This document shows, one piece after another, positions 27,808-37,443 of a stretch of 64,000 nt of DNA; within the stretch, counting starts at the first letter, position 1; every line of letters starts with the position of its first letter. The DNA is from Tannerellaceae bacterium (GTDB lineage: Bacteria > Bacteroidota > Bacteroidia > Bacteroidales > CAMTPD01), in the NCBI GenBank assembly GCA_051656605.1, contig JBOGCF010000015.1, positions 19,527 to 83,526 on the forward strand, read 5' to 3'. The notes under the pieces were generated by a model. It made no database searches, had not been told where the DNA came from, and worked only from the letters and a program-made list of their open reading frames with translations. Both the position numbers and the translations under genes were made by a program.

Positions 27808-29644
27808 ACTTGACCTAGATAATCGCAAATATGTTATTGGTGCTGGTGTTATTGTATTGTTTTTGATCTTCTTGATCAGACTGATAACGTTGCAATTGCT
27901 TACACCGGAGTACAAACAATTTGCCGATAGTAATGCTTTTTTGAAGAAAACATTGTACCCTTCTCGTGGATTAATCTATGATCGCGAGGGGCGTTTGCTT
28001 GTTTATAATCAGCCGGCATATGATGTAATGGTAATTATGCGAGAGGTGCAACCATTTGATACGCTGGACTTCTGTAATATTGTTGGCATTTCGAAAGAAC
28101 AATTTGTGAAGCGCATTGGTGATATTAAAAACCGTCGCCTCAATCCGGGGTACTCTTCATATGTTCCTCAATTGTTTATGAATCAACTTTCTGCTCGAGA
28201 ATATGGAGTCTTGCAGGAAAAACTATATAAATTTCCCGGTTTCTATATTCAAAATCGAACACTTCGTGAATACAACTATCCTAATGCCGCATTGGTACTT
28301 GGTAATGTAGGTGAGGTGAACAAGCGCGATTTGGAGAGCGATTCGTATTATGTGCGAGGAGATTACTCGGGACGATCGGGGGTGGAGAAGTCGTACGAAA
28401 CGGTATTGCGTGGTGAAAAAGGAGTAGAGATACTTTTGCGTGATGCACATGGTCGTATCAAAGGTAAGTACGAAAATGGAGATCATGATATAGCGCCTCT
28501 ATCTGGTAAAAACTTAACACTATCACTTGATATTGAATTGCAAGATTACGGCGAGCGTCTGATGGGCAATAAGCTTGGTGGTATTGTAATGATTGAACCG
28601 GAAACAGGAGAAGTCTTGTGCATGGTATCGAGTCCGACTTATGATCCGAGCATATTGGTTGGTCGTAAACGCGGAAAGAACCATTCAGAGCTAGAGAAAG
28701 ATCCATTTAAGCCATTGTTTAATCGCCCGCTGATGGCCCAGTATCCTCCGGGATCTACCTTCAAAGCAGCACAAGGATTGGTCTTTCTACAAGAAGATGT
28801 AGTTACTGCCCAAACGGCTTATCCTTGTCATGGTGGTTATCCTCCTTTGGGAGGACGTCCGAAGTGTCACCCGCATGCGTCACCAACATCTTTGATCCCT
28901 TCGTTAGCAACATCCTGTAATGCGTATTATTGCTATGGATTGCGAGAGATGATCGATAGCCGTAAGCGTTATCCAAATCCGCAGACTGCTCTTGATAAAT
29001 GGAAGGACTACATGGTTGCTCAAGGATATGGCTATAAACTAGGTATTGACTTGCCCGGCGAAAAACGAGGACTTATCCCCAATAGTAAGTTTTACGATAA
29101 GATTTACAAAGGGCGTTGGAATGCGCATACCATTATTTCGATATCAATTGGTCAAGGTGAGGTTTTGGCTACACCTTTGCAGATTTGTAATCTAGCTGCA
29201 ACGATCGCAAATAGAGGCTATTTTATCAAACCTCACGTGGTAAAAGCGATTGAAGATACTCCTAAAGACACGGCATATACCAACAAGCACTATACCGGCA
29301 TTGATGCAATGAACTATGAGTATGTTGCTCAAGGTATGCGAGGTGCTGTAACAGGTGGTACTTGTAGGGTGGCAGCTCTTCCGGATATTGAAGTGTACGG
29401 GAAAACAGGTACGGCCGAAAATCCACATGGTAAAGACCACTCGATCTTTATGGGTTTTGCAGAGTATAAAGGGCGTAAAGTTGCGATCTCTGTGTTTGTG
29501 GAAAATGCCGGATTTGGTGCAACGTATGCTGTTCCGATAGGTCGACTAATGATCGAACACTGCTTGCGTGGTGATGTGCTTGAGGAAAGCAAATGGATGG
29601 AAGATAGAATGTTGAATACTTCAGTTTTACCTAATGTCTTTTAG
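27797..29644 (+). CDS. mrdA: penicillin-binding protein 2 (elongasome transpeptidase)
   Basis: SxxK (GSTFK), SxN-like and KTG (GKTGTA) transpeptidase motifs, with an N-terminal TM anchor. Confidence 0.9.
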   Translation: MKNKLDLDNRKYVIGAGVIVLFLIFLIRLITLQLLTPEYKQFADSNAFLKKTLYPSRGLIYDREGRLLVYNQPAYDVMVIMREVQPFDTLDFCNIVGISKEQFVKRIGDIKNRRLNPGYSSYVPQLFMNQLSAREYGVLQEKLYKFPGFYIQNRTLREYNYPNAALVLGNVGEVNKRDLESDSYYVRGDYSGRSGVEKSYETVLRGEKGVEILLRDAHGRIKGKYENGDHDIAPLSGKNLTLSLDIELQDYGERLMGNKLGGIVMIEPETGEVLCMVSSPTYDPSILVGRKRGKNHSELEKDPFKPLFNRPLMAQYPPGSTFKAAQGLVFLQEDVVTAQTAYPCHGGYPPLGGRPKCHPHASPTSLIPSLATSCNAYYCYGLREMIDSRKRYPNPQTALDKWKDYMVAQGYGYKLGIDLPGEKRGLIPNSKFYDKIYKGRWNAHTIISISIGQGEVLATPLQICNLAATIANRGYFIKPHVVKAIEDTPKDTAYTNKHYTGIDAMNYEYVAQGMRGAVTGGTCRVAALPDIEVYGKTGTAENPHGKDHSIFMGFAEYKGRKVAISVFVENAGFGATYAVPIGRLMIEHCLRGDVLEESKWMEDRMLNTSVLPNVF

Positions 29645-31082
29645 AAAAACAAATATATGGAGGGATCTTGACTGGTTTACCGTGATACTGTATGTGATCA
29701 TGGTGATTGCCGGTTGGTTTAGTATCTACGGAGCAACCTACGAATTTGATAATACAAGCATGTTTGACCTTTCGGGGCGTGCCGGTATGCAAATGGTATG
29801 GTTTGGTACATCTGTGCTTCTCATCTTTGTAATATTGATGCTGAATGATGAGGTGTACGATGTGCTGGCGTATTTCTTGTATTTTCTCGTGATTCTTTTA
29901 CTTATTGCAACGATATTTCTGGCCCCGGATATCAAGGGTTCACGCTCTTGGTTGGTGCTTGGACCTATACGTTTACAACCTGCTGAGTTTGCCAAGTTTG
30001 TAACGGCACTAGCTGTGGCAAAGACGATGAGTCAGTATGGATTCAAGCTCTTGAATGTACGTAACTTTCTATTTGTCTGCTTTCTTATATTTCTACCGTT
30101 AGTGCTGATTATCTTGCAGAAGGAAACAGGGTCGGCCTTGGTTTATTTTGCATTTGCGTTGGTGCTTTATAGAGAAGGCATGACTGGTCTTATTTTGTTT
30201 GCGGGCTTCTGTGCAGTGCTGTTTTTTATTGTTTCGATGAAATATGCAGATGTGATGATGGGGATTACGCCGTTAGGCGAGTTTATTGTATCGATACTGA
30301 TTCTTGGAATCTCCTTGTTGCTGTTGCACTTCAAACAAAATGATAGACGCGTGTTTTTGAATGCGGCCATTGGTCTATCTGTGATTGCAATTGCTACTTT
30401 TATTGTTAGTTATTTTGAGCCGATAAACCTGGCTCTCATTTCGATGGGGGCGGTTATTCTGTTTACTCTCTATATGCTCTATCTTGCCATTTCTAGGTGG
30501 ATGATGCGCTACTTGCTTATTGGCTTTTTTGCTTTGGGTTCGTTGGCGTTTATGTTTTCTGTAGATTATGTATTTGATGAGATACTAGAGCCGCACCAGC
30601 AAATACGTATTAAGGTTTCTCTCGGTCTCGAAGATGATCCAAGTGGAGCCGGATATAATGTGAATCAATCAAAGATTGCGATTGGTTCAGGCGGACTAAC
30701 GGGTAAGGGCTTCCTGAATGGGACGCAGACTAAACTTAAATATGTGCCCGAGCAAGATACAGACTTTATTTTCTGTACGGTTGGAGAGGAGCAAGGTTTT
30801 GTTGGTTCAGCATTCGTTTTGCTGATGTTTACGATGCTTATTCTTCGTATAGTCTATCTGGCAGAGCAGCAGAAGAGTACCTTTAATCGGGTTTACGGCT
30901 ATAGTGTTGCCTCTATTTTCTTTTTTCACTTTGCAATTAATGTGGGGATGGTAACAGGACTCACCCCTGTAATTGGGATTCCTTTACCGTTCTTTAGCTA
31001 TGGAGGTTCTTCTTTGTGGGGATTTACAATTCTGTTGTTTATCTTCTTACGTCTTGATGCTACGCGTGCCGAGCAGTTTTAA
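29634..31082 (+). CDS. rodA: SEDS-family peptidoglycan polymerase RodA
   Basis: FtsW/RodA/SpoVE polytopic protein. Conserved PEQDTDFIF and PLPFFSYGGSS motifs. Confidence 0.9.
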   Translation: MSFRKTNIWRDLDWFTVILYVIMVIAGWFSIYGATYEFDNTSMFDLSGRAGMQMVWFGTSVLLIFVILMLNDEVYDVLAYFLYFLVILLLIATIFLAPDIKGSRSWLVLGPIRLQPAEFAKFVTALAVAKTMSQYGFKLLNVRNFLFVCFLIFLPLVLIILQKETGSALVYFAFALVLYREGMTGLILFAGFCAVLFFIVSMKYADVMMGITPLGEFIVSILILGISLLLLHFKQNDRRVFLNAAIGLSVIAIATFIVSYFEPINLALISMGAVILFTLYMLYLAISRWMMRYLLIGFFALGSLAFMFSVDYVFDEILEPHQQIRIKVSLGLEDDPSGAGYNVNQSKIAIGSGGLTGKGFLNGTQTKLKYVPEQDTDFIFCTVGEEQGFVGSAFVLLMFTMLILRIVYLAEQQKSTFNRVYGYSVASIFFFHFAINVGMVTGLTPVIGIPLPFFSYGGSSLWGFTILLFIFLRLDATRAEQF

Positions 31083-31104
31083 TTGAGTATTTATATGTTG
31101 ACAT

Positions 31105-31143
31105 AAAAAAAGCGGAAGACTCCTTGAGAGCTTCCGCTTTTCT
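31105..31143. terminator. bidirectional terminator between convergent rodA and gldH
   Basis: AAAAAAA-GCGGAAG ... CTTCCGC-TTTTCT. Confidence 0.8.
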
Positions 31144-31157
31144 AATTTATATGATAA

Positions 31158-31646
31158 CTAATTGTTGCTTTGAACCTGTAGCCCTACATCTTGTACACCT
31201 TTGAGCTTGGTGTCGTCCATGATTTGTTCGAAGCTGTATGTGTACATTCCACTTTGCTTGAAGTGAAAGTTACGTTCGATCGGAATATCATGTTCGTAGG
31301 TGCTTATTCCTTTCCCTTTCCATTTACCCAATGAATCACGAAGCGCATAGCTGATCGTGTCTCTGCTAATGTTGCCTTGTGGGTCCATCTTTTCAACCTT
31401 GAAAACGATACCGCTGTACGGATAATAAGAGTTGCAACGTAGTTTAAAAATGACATCTGTAACAACTGAATTGTCCGGTACATCAAAGGTAAACTCGTAT
31501 GCTTTACCTATTCTCCAAATAGAGTCTGGTAACTCTGTGTATTTGCAGTAATAATCGGGTGTGCAAGCACTGAGTAGGGTAATGAATAGGGTTGCGATAG
31601 GGGCCTTAAACTTTCTTCTGAGGCTTTTCGTAGTTTCCTTTTTCAT
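31158..31646 (-). CDS. gldH: GldH-family lipoprotein
   Basis: Start at Met60 of the ORF (complement of 31644-31646) gives signal peptide plus lipobox LLSAC and ~160 aa. The pattern ...LR.NSYYPY... / GKWKGKG / ...GVQDVGLQV fits GldH as I recall it. The holB-PSP1-gldH gene order is typical. Confidence 0.65.
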   Translation of the reverse strand: MKKETTKSLRRKFKAPIATLFITLLSACTPDYYCKYTELPDSIWRIGKAYEFTFDVPDNSVVTDVIFKLRCNSYYPYSGIVFKVEKMDPQGNISRDTISYALRDSLGKWKGKGISTYEHDIPIERNFHFKQSGMYTYSFEQIMDDTKLKGVQDVGLQVQSNN

Positions 31647-32802
31647 TGCCTCCCCTTTCGTTGTTGCCCTTCTCATTTGTTGTTTTTGGTTTAGGCTTTC
31701 TACGCTTTTTGTTAGGTCTCTTTTTGTTGGCTCCGTTACCACTATTGTCAAACCTGTTGATGCTTTCCTCAAGAATATCCTGAGTTTCTTTCTTCGGTTG
31801 TTGTTGCTTTGTATCGGCATCAAGTGTTTGAGGTTTCATACCTCGCTTGTTCATGTTGAGTACCTCAAAAGCTCTGCTAGCTGAGATCGTAACCAAATTT
31901 GCGGCAAAATTAGGATCTGAAGAGTAAGTAAGCTGCTTCTTGAATACTTCGGTTTTGAAGTGATAATACGTGCAGTCTTTTGTTTCCAGATTTAGTTCGC
32001 GAGATGGTAGACCTTTTTGAGCTTCAACATACGTATCGACTTCAAAGTTGATACAACATTTGAGTTTCGCACATTGTCCGGCTAGCTTTTGCGGATTCAT
32101 TGAGATGTCTTGATATCTGGCTGCACTTGTTGCAACAGAAACAAAACTTGTCATCCAGCTCGAACAGCAAAGCTCGCGTCCGCAAGGACCAATACCGCCA
32201 ATACGACCAGCTTCTTGGCGTGCACCGATTTGTTTCATCTCTATACGCACTTTGAATGCATCAGCCAATACTTTGATTAATTGTCGAAAATCGACACGCT
32301 CATCTGCGATGTAGTAGAAGATAGCTTTGTTACCATCTCCTTGGTATTCAACATCCCCAATTTTCATTTGAAGGCCTAAGTCTTCGGCAATCTTACGTGA
32401 TTTGATCATCGTTTCATGCTCTTTCGCTTTTGCTTCTTCGAACTTCTCAATATCAGAAGGTTTTGCTTTGCGATATACTCGCTTCACTTCTACACCCTCT
32501 GTACGTACATTGTTTTTCTTCATTTGAAGCAAAACAAGTCGACCTGTCAAAGTTACTGTTCCGATGTCGTGACCCGGAGAGGATTCAACTGCAACGATAT
32601 CTCCTTTTTCTAAAGGAATTTTGTTACTGTTCAGATAATACCCTTTTCTGGTATTCTTGAACTGAACTTCTACGTAATCGGTTGCATTTTTAGCTTCCGG
32701 TATATCGCAAAGCCAGTCGTAAGTATTTAGTTTATTATTCTGCACCTTACTGCATCCTTTCGATTTCATGCAGCGGCCGCATTTATTTAGTTTAAAGTCC
32801 AT
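31606..32802 (-). CDS. PSP1-domain protein (RicT-like) with Lys-rich C-terminal tail
   Basis: PSP1 core with the Cys cluster GPCGRELCCSSW...CAKLKCC. Tail is KKRPNKKRRKPKPKTTNEKGNNERGGNEKGNYEKPQKKV. Directly downstream of holB, as in many bacteria. Confidence 0.85.
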   Translation of the reverse strand: MDFKLNKCGRCMKSKGCSKVQNNKLNTYDWLCDIPEAKNATDYVEVQFKNTRKGYYLNSNKIPLEKGDIVAVESSPGHDIGTVTLTGRLVLLQMKKNNVRTEGVEVKRVYRKAKPSDIEKFEEAKAKEHETMIKSRKIAEDLGLQMKIGDVEYQGDGNKAIFYYIADERVDFRQLIKVLADAFKVRIEMKQIGARQEAGRIGGIGPCGRELCCSSWMTSFVSVATSAARYQDISMNPQKLAGQCAKLKCCINFEVDTYVEAQKGLPSRELNLETKDCTYYHFKTEVFKKQLTYSSDPNFAANLVTISASRAFEVLNMNKRGMKPQTLDADTKQQQPKKETQDILEESINRFDNSGNGANKKRPNKKRRKPKPKTTNEKGNNERGGNEKGNYEKPQKKV

Positions 32803-32896
32803 ATAGTATCTATTCAGAATTTAGAATAACGAAGATACGGCTTTTTGGTGAATGTAGAGAAGGCAATGCCCGAAAGTTTATCTCTCGGGCATCGAT

Positions 32897-34021
32897 TTAT
32901 CGTTTAAGAAGTACAGTAATCTTTAAGGAGATATCAAAAAAGACAAAACGAGGATTAACGTTTTGTGTAACATGACGTTCGGCAAGTTCTAACTCAGAAA
33001 CAAGGTCTTCTACATTGCGTTCGTTTACATAGGGGGCAAACTTTGTGGAGAATGTAGATTCGTTTTGATTCAGAGCAATAAGTGTAGGATTGCCAAGGTT
33101 ATAAATGAAGTTTTCGCGGATCATGTGCTGAGCATAAGCAAAGAAGTTTTTTTGCTTTTCCTTACCTAATGACGCAAATGTTTCGGCGGCTTCCTTCATC
33201 CCTTTTACATTCTTAGTCCAAGAGTTACGCATCATAGAAATGAATAAATCAAGATAAAAAGCTTTCTCTTCATTCAAACTGATCATCTCCATTGCTTTGA
33301 TCATGCTTCCTTGCGCCATTGATGCTACCTGAATTGCATCTTGAGTCGACAATGCATATTTGCTTTCCATTGCTTCAGCGATTGCATCTTTTTCAATTCC
33401 TCTGATGGAAATTCGTTGCGTTCGAGAAATAATTGTTGAAATAATCTGATCCGGGTTTTCTGTAATGAGCAGGAAGATTGTATTCAAAGGAGGCTCTTCG
33501 ATCAGCTTTAGCAAACGATTCGAGCTTTCTTCGTTCATCTTCTCCGGCATCCAAATCAAGACGCAGCGGTAGGCTGCTTCAAGTGGTTTTAGGCTCAGTT
33601 TGGAAATGATTTCCGATGCTTCTTTTACAGGTATAATTGCCTGGGAAGAGTGGGTGCCCATATAATTCACCCATCCGTCAATATTAAAGTATGGATTTTC
33701 GGAAATAAATTGGCGCCAATCAGGCAAGTAGTCGTCGCAAATTTCTTTTTTCTTTTCTTTATTGATGATGATTGGATATACAAAATGTATGTCGGGATGC
33801 ACGAGTTGATCAAACTTCTTACAAGAGGAGCATGTGCCGCATGAATCGGTGGCGGAACGATGCTTGCAGTTAAGGTAACGGGCATAGGCCAAAGCCAAAG
33901 GAAAAGCACCTGCGCCCGATGGTTCAGAGAATAATTGTGCGTGAGGAACGATTCCTTGATTGGCCGAGAGAATCAGTCTGCTTTTGACTGATTCCTGACC
34001 AATAATATCTTTAAAATACAT
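32897..34021 (-). CDS. holB: DNA polymerase III subunit delta-prime
   Basis: AAA+ clamp-loader fold with degenerate P-loop, zinc module CKHRSATDSCGTCSSCKK, and LLKLIEEPP. Confidence 0.85.
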   Translation of the reverse strand: MYFKDIIGQESVKSRLILSANQGIVPHAQLFSEPSGAGAFPLALAYARYLNCKHRSATDSCGTCSSCKKFDQLVHPDIHFVYPIIINKEKKKEICDDYLPDWRQFISENPYFNIDGWVNYMGTHSSQAIIPVKEASEIISKLSLKPLEAAYRCVLIWMPEKMNEESSNRLLKLIEEPPLNTIFLLITENPDQIISTIISRTQRISIRGIEKDAIAEAMESKYALSTQDAIQVASMAQGSMIKAMEMISLNEEKAFYLDLFISMMRNSWTKNVKGMKEAAETFASLGKEKQKNFFAYAQHMIRENFIYNLGNPTLIALNQNESTFSTKFAPYVNERNVEDLVSELELAERHVTQNVNPRFVFFDISLKITVLLKR

Positions 34022-34026
34022 AGGTT

Positions 34027-34980
34027 TTAGTAAATCTCTTTAGCTACCTGATATACACTATCAGTTGCCATCAATGAATAAAAGTGGATGCTAGGAACAC
34101 CGTATTCAATAAGTTCACGGCATTGTTGAGTACACCATTCGATTCCTACTTGCTTAGCTTCTGCATCGTTGTTGCATTTGCGAAGTTCTGTAGCAAAGTC
34201 TTCCGGAATGTCTGATCTGAAGATCTTAGGAAGAACAGTTAGGTGATTGCAAACCGTAACAGGTTTGATGCCCGGAATAATAGGTACTGTAATACCTTCT
34301 TTTCGGCAACGTTCTACAAAGTCGAAATACTTTTGATTGTCGAAAAACATTTGAGTAACGATGTAGTCGGCTCCTTGATCTACTTTTTGCTTCAAGAAAG
34401 CAATGTCCGAATCAAGGTTTGGAGCTTCTTCATGTTTTTCGGGATAACCGGCAACTCCATATGAGAAAGGCGTATTAGGTCGATCAAAAGTAGAGTTGTC
34501 AAGAGCAATCCCTTGGTTAAACTGATTCACCTGTATTTGTAAATCACTAGCATGATCGTGAGATTGTCCTGGTTGTATATGACCAGCTTCAAGTTTATTT
34601 GCATCACCACGAAGCAGAAGCAAATCATATACACCTAAGAAGTTTAGGTCGATCAAAGCATACTCCGTTTCTTCTTTTGTGAAACCTTTGCAAATAATAT
34701 GTGGAACGGCTGTAATACCGTATTTATTTTGAATAGCAGCAGCGATAGCAACCGTGCCCGGGCGCTTGCGAATGTTTACTTTTTGGATATTTCCGTTTGG
34801 CTGTTCCTTATATAAATACTCGCTGTGGTGGGTAGTGATATTAATATATTTCGGATCAAATTCCTTTAGTCGATCAATAACACTATACACTTTATCAATG
34901 CTATTTCCTTTAAGCGGCGGGAGCAGTTCGAACGAAAAAGCGGTTTTGGTACTCTGTTGTATAAGATCGATTACTTTCAT
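34027..34980 (-). CDS. metF: 5,10-methylenetetrahydrofolate reductase
   Basis: 317-aa TIM-barrel MTHFR pattern (FSFELLPP, ITTHH, QMFFD). Confidence 0.9.
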   Translation of the reverse strand: MKVIDLIQQSTKTAFSFELLPPLKGNSIDKVYSVIDRLKEFDPKYINITTHHSEYLYKEQPNGNIQKVNIRKRPGTVAIAAAIQNKYGITAVPHIICKGFTKEETEYALIDLNFLGVYDLLLLRGDANKLEAGHIQPGQSHDHASDLQIQVNQFNQGIALDNSTFDRPNTPFSYGVAGYPEKHEEAPNLDSDIAFLKQKVDQGADYIVTQMFFDNQKYFDFVERCRKEGITVPIIPGIKPVTVCNHLTVLPKIFRSDIPEDFATELRKCNNDAEAKQVGIEWCTQQCRELIEYGVPSIHFYSLMATDSVYQVAKEIY

Positions 34981-35063
34981 ATTTTCATTATTTTTAGTGC
35001 AAATGTAACAAATAAACTCCGATTTATTCTAAATTTGCTCGCAATCAAAATTTATAAAAGCTC

Positions 35064-36083
35064 ATGGAAAATATAAATTGGTCGGATTTGTCTTTTGGTT
35101 ACATGAAGACCGACTACAATGTAAGATGCTATTACCGTAATGGTAAATGGGGCGAACTAGAAGTAAGCTCTTCAGAGTTTATTGATATACATATGGCTTC
35201 TACTTGTTTACATTATGGACAAGAAGCATTTGAGGGTCTCAAAGTATTCAAAGGGAAAGACGGTAAAATGCGTGTTTTCAGAATTGATGAGAATGCAAAA
35301 CGTCTGCGCGAATCCTGTAAAGGTATCATGATGGCAGAACTTCCGGAGGATATGTTTATCGAAGCTGTAGAGAAAGTTGTAAAACTAAACGAACGCTTTG
35401 TACCACCTTACGAAAGTGGAGCTTCTCTTTATGTGCGCCCACTACTTATCGGATTGGGAGCGCAAGTGGGAGTGAAACCTGCAAACGAATATCTATTTAT
35501 GATCTTTGTAACGCCGGTAGGTCCATATTTCAAGGCAGGCTTTAAGCCAACGCCAATGGTAATTCTAAGAGGATATGACAGAGCAGCACCTCTGGGCACC
35601 GGAACATATAAAGTGGGTGGAAACTATGCGGCAAGCTTGTCGGCAGGAGAAAAAGCACATGAAATGGGTTATTCGGCCGTACTTTATCTTGACGCAAAAG
35701 AAAAAGAGTATATCGATGAGTGTGGTCCTGCAAACTTTTTCGGAATTAAGGATAATACATATGTAACACCTCTTTCTTCATCTATTCTACCTTCGATTAC
35801 GAATAAGAGTTTGATGCAATTGGCAGAGTCGATAGGTATGAAAGTAGAACGTCGTCCTATACACGAAGATGAGCTAGCAACATTCGTAGAAGCCGGAGCT
35901 TGCGGTACAGCTGCAGTTATTAGCCCTATTCAACGAATCGACGATGTCGATATGAATAAATCATATGTGTTTTCTAAGGATGGAGAGCCAGGTCCTATTT
36001 GTACAACATTATACAATAAGCTTAGAGCTATTCAATACGGAGACGAGCCAGATCAGTTTGGTTGGGTAAAAGTTATCGAATAA
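35064..36083 (+). CDS. ilvE: branched-chain amino acid aminotransferase (fold type IV)
   Basis: 339 aa. QEAFEGLK, LYVRPL, ECGPANFFGI motifs. Confidence 0.9.
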   Translation: MENINWSDLSFGYMKTDYNVRCYYRNGKWGELEVSSSEFIDIHMASTCLHYGQEAFEGLKVFKGKDGKMRVFRIDENAKRLRESCKGIMMAELPEDMFIEAVEKVVKLNERFVPPYESGASLYVRPLLIGLGAQVGVKPANEYLFMIFVTPVGPYFKAGFKPTPMVILRGYDRAAPLGTGTYKVGGNYAASLSAGEKAHEMGYSAVLYLDAKEKEYIDECGPANFFGIKDNTYVTPLSSSILPSITNKSLMQLAESIGMKVERRPIHEDELATFVEAGACGTAAVISPIQRIDDVDMNKSYVFSKDGEPGPICTTLYNKLRAIQYGDEPDQFGWVKVIE

Positions 36084-36093
36084 TAAAATATGG

Positions 36094-36139
36094 GCGGATT
36101 GATGTGTTAATTTATTAACACGTCGGTTCGCTTTTTTTT
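36094..36139 (+). terminator. rho-independent terminator after ilvE
   Basis: Long hairpin GCGGATTGATGTGTTAA-TTTA-TTAACACGTCGGTTCGC followed by TTTTTTTT. Confidence 0.8.
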
Positions 36140-36224
36140 CTCCGCAATCTTAAATATATGCAGTTTTGCTATCTCTGGTTTGCAAATAATAAAATACTTG
36201 TTACATTTGCAGGGCTAGAATGAA

Positions 36225-37412
36225 TTGAAAGTGGAGGCATTTTATAGAACACATAACTACCTAGTAGAGCATTTGGTTTCACCTGTACGTCGCCGATTGA
36301 TGGACGAAATCAATTGGGACGATCGTCTTATTGGAATCAAGGGGTCTAGAGGAGTAGGCAAAACAACATTCCTTTTGCAGTACGCAAAAGAGTATTTTGG
36401 TAAAAACAATAGAGAGTGTCTATATATTAATTTAAATCACCTCTATTTTACAGAACGTACAATTATTGATTTTGCGGAAGAATTTATCGCAAAAGGAGGC
36501 AAAGTCCTTTTGATAGATCAGGTTTTTAAGTATCCTGATTGGTCTAAAGAACTTCGTTATTGTTTCGACAATTATCCAAGTCTAAAGATTGTATTCACAG
36601 GCTCGTCTGTGATGCGGTTAAAAGAAGAAAACCCTGACTTGTCAGGTAAAGTTGTTTCTTATAATCTCCGTGGTTTTTCATTTAGAGAGTATTTAAATAT
36701 TACGTGTAAGACCAACTTCGCGCCATACACATTACAAGAAATCTTGGAGAATCATGAACAGATAGCCGAAGAAATATGTGAGACAATAAAACCACAAATT
36801 CATATTCAAGACTATATTCACCACGGGTTCTATCCATTCTATCTTGAAAAAAGAAACTTTTCAGAGAACCTTCTGAAAACAATGAATATGATTCTCGAGG
36901 TGGATGTGTTATCGATCAAGCAAATAGAACAACGCTATTTGCCAAAGATCAGAAAGTTGCTTTATTTGATGGCCATTGGTTCTCCTTGTACACCCAATGT
37001 AAGTCAGTTGAGCACTGAGATCGAAACATCACGCGCCACAGTTATGAACTACTTAAAGTACTTAACCGACGCACGTCTTATCAATATGCTTTATCCGGTA
37101 GATGAAGAGTATCCGAAAAAACCGGCCAAGGTATATATGAATAATACCAATTTAATGTTTCCCGTGCGTCCCACCAAAGTGGATGAGCAGGCACTTCGTG
37201 AAACATTCTTTTATAATCAAGTAATAACAGACAACAAACTAAACTCTGTATCGAACAAGCAAGTTCACTTTTTGGTAAACCAGACTCAATCATTTAAAAT
37301 TGTAGACTCGATGCGCGGACGTAACAATCCCGACTTAATTTATGCAGTAGATAAGATTGAGAAAGGAGCCGGGAATGTAATGCCTTTATGGATTTTTGGT
37401 TTCTTGTATTAA
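36225..37412 (+). CDS. AAA+ ATPase with DUF4143-type C-terminal domain
   Basis: Walker A GSRGVGKTT and Walker B LLIDQV. The ORF opens with TTG (36225), and GTG at 36231 is an alternative start. No ATG lies upstream of the P-loop except Met26. Confidence 0.8.
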   Translation: MKVEAFYRTHNYLVEHLVSPVRRRLMDEINWDDRLIGIKGSRGVGKTTFLLQYAKEYFGKNNRECLYINLNHLYFTERTIIDFAEEFIAKGGKVLLIDQVFKYPDWSKELRYCFDNYPSLKIVFTGSSVMRLKEENPDLSGKVVSYNLRGFSFREYLNITCKTNFAPYTLQEILENHEQIAEEICETIKPQIHIQDYIHHGFYPFYLEKRNFSENLLKTMNMILEVDVLSIKQIEQRYLPKIRKLLYLMAIGSPCTPNVSQLSTEIETSRATVMNYLKYLTDARLINMLYPVDEEYPKKPAKVYMNNTNLMFPVRPTKVDEQALRETFFYNQVITDNKLNSVSNKQVHFLVNQTQSFKIVDSMRGRNNPDLIYAVDKIEKGAGNVMPLWIFGFLY

Positions 37413-37443
37413 GTATATATTGTATCCCTAATATAATTGGACT

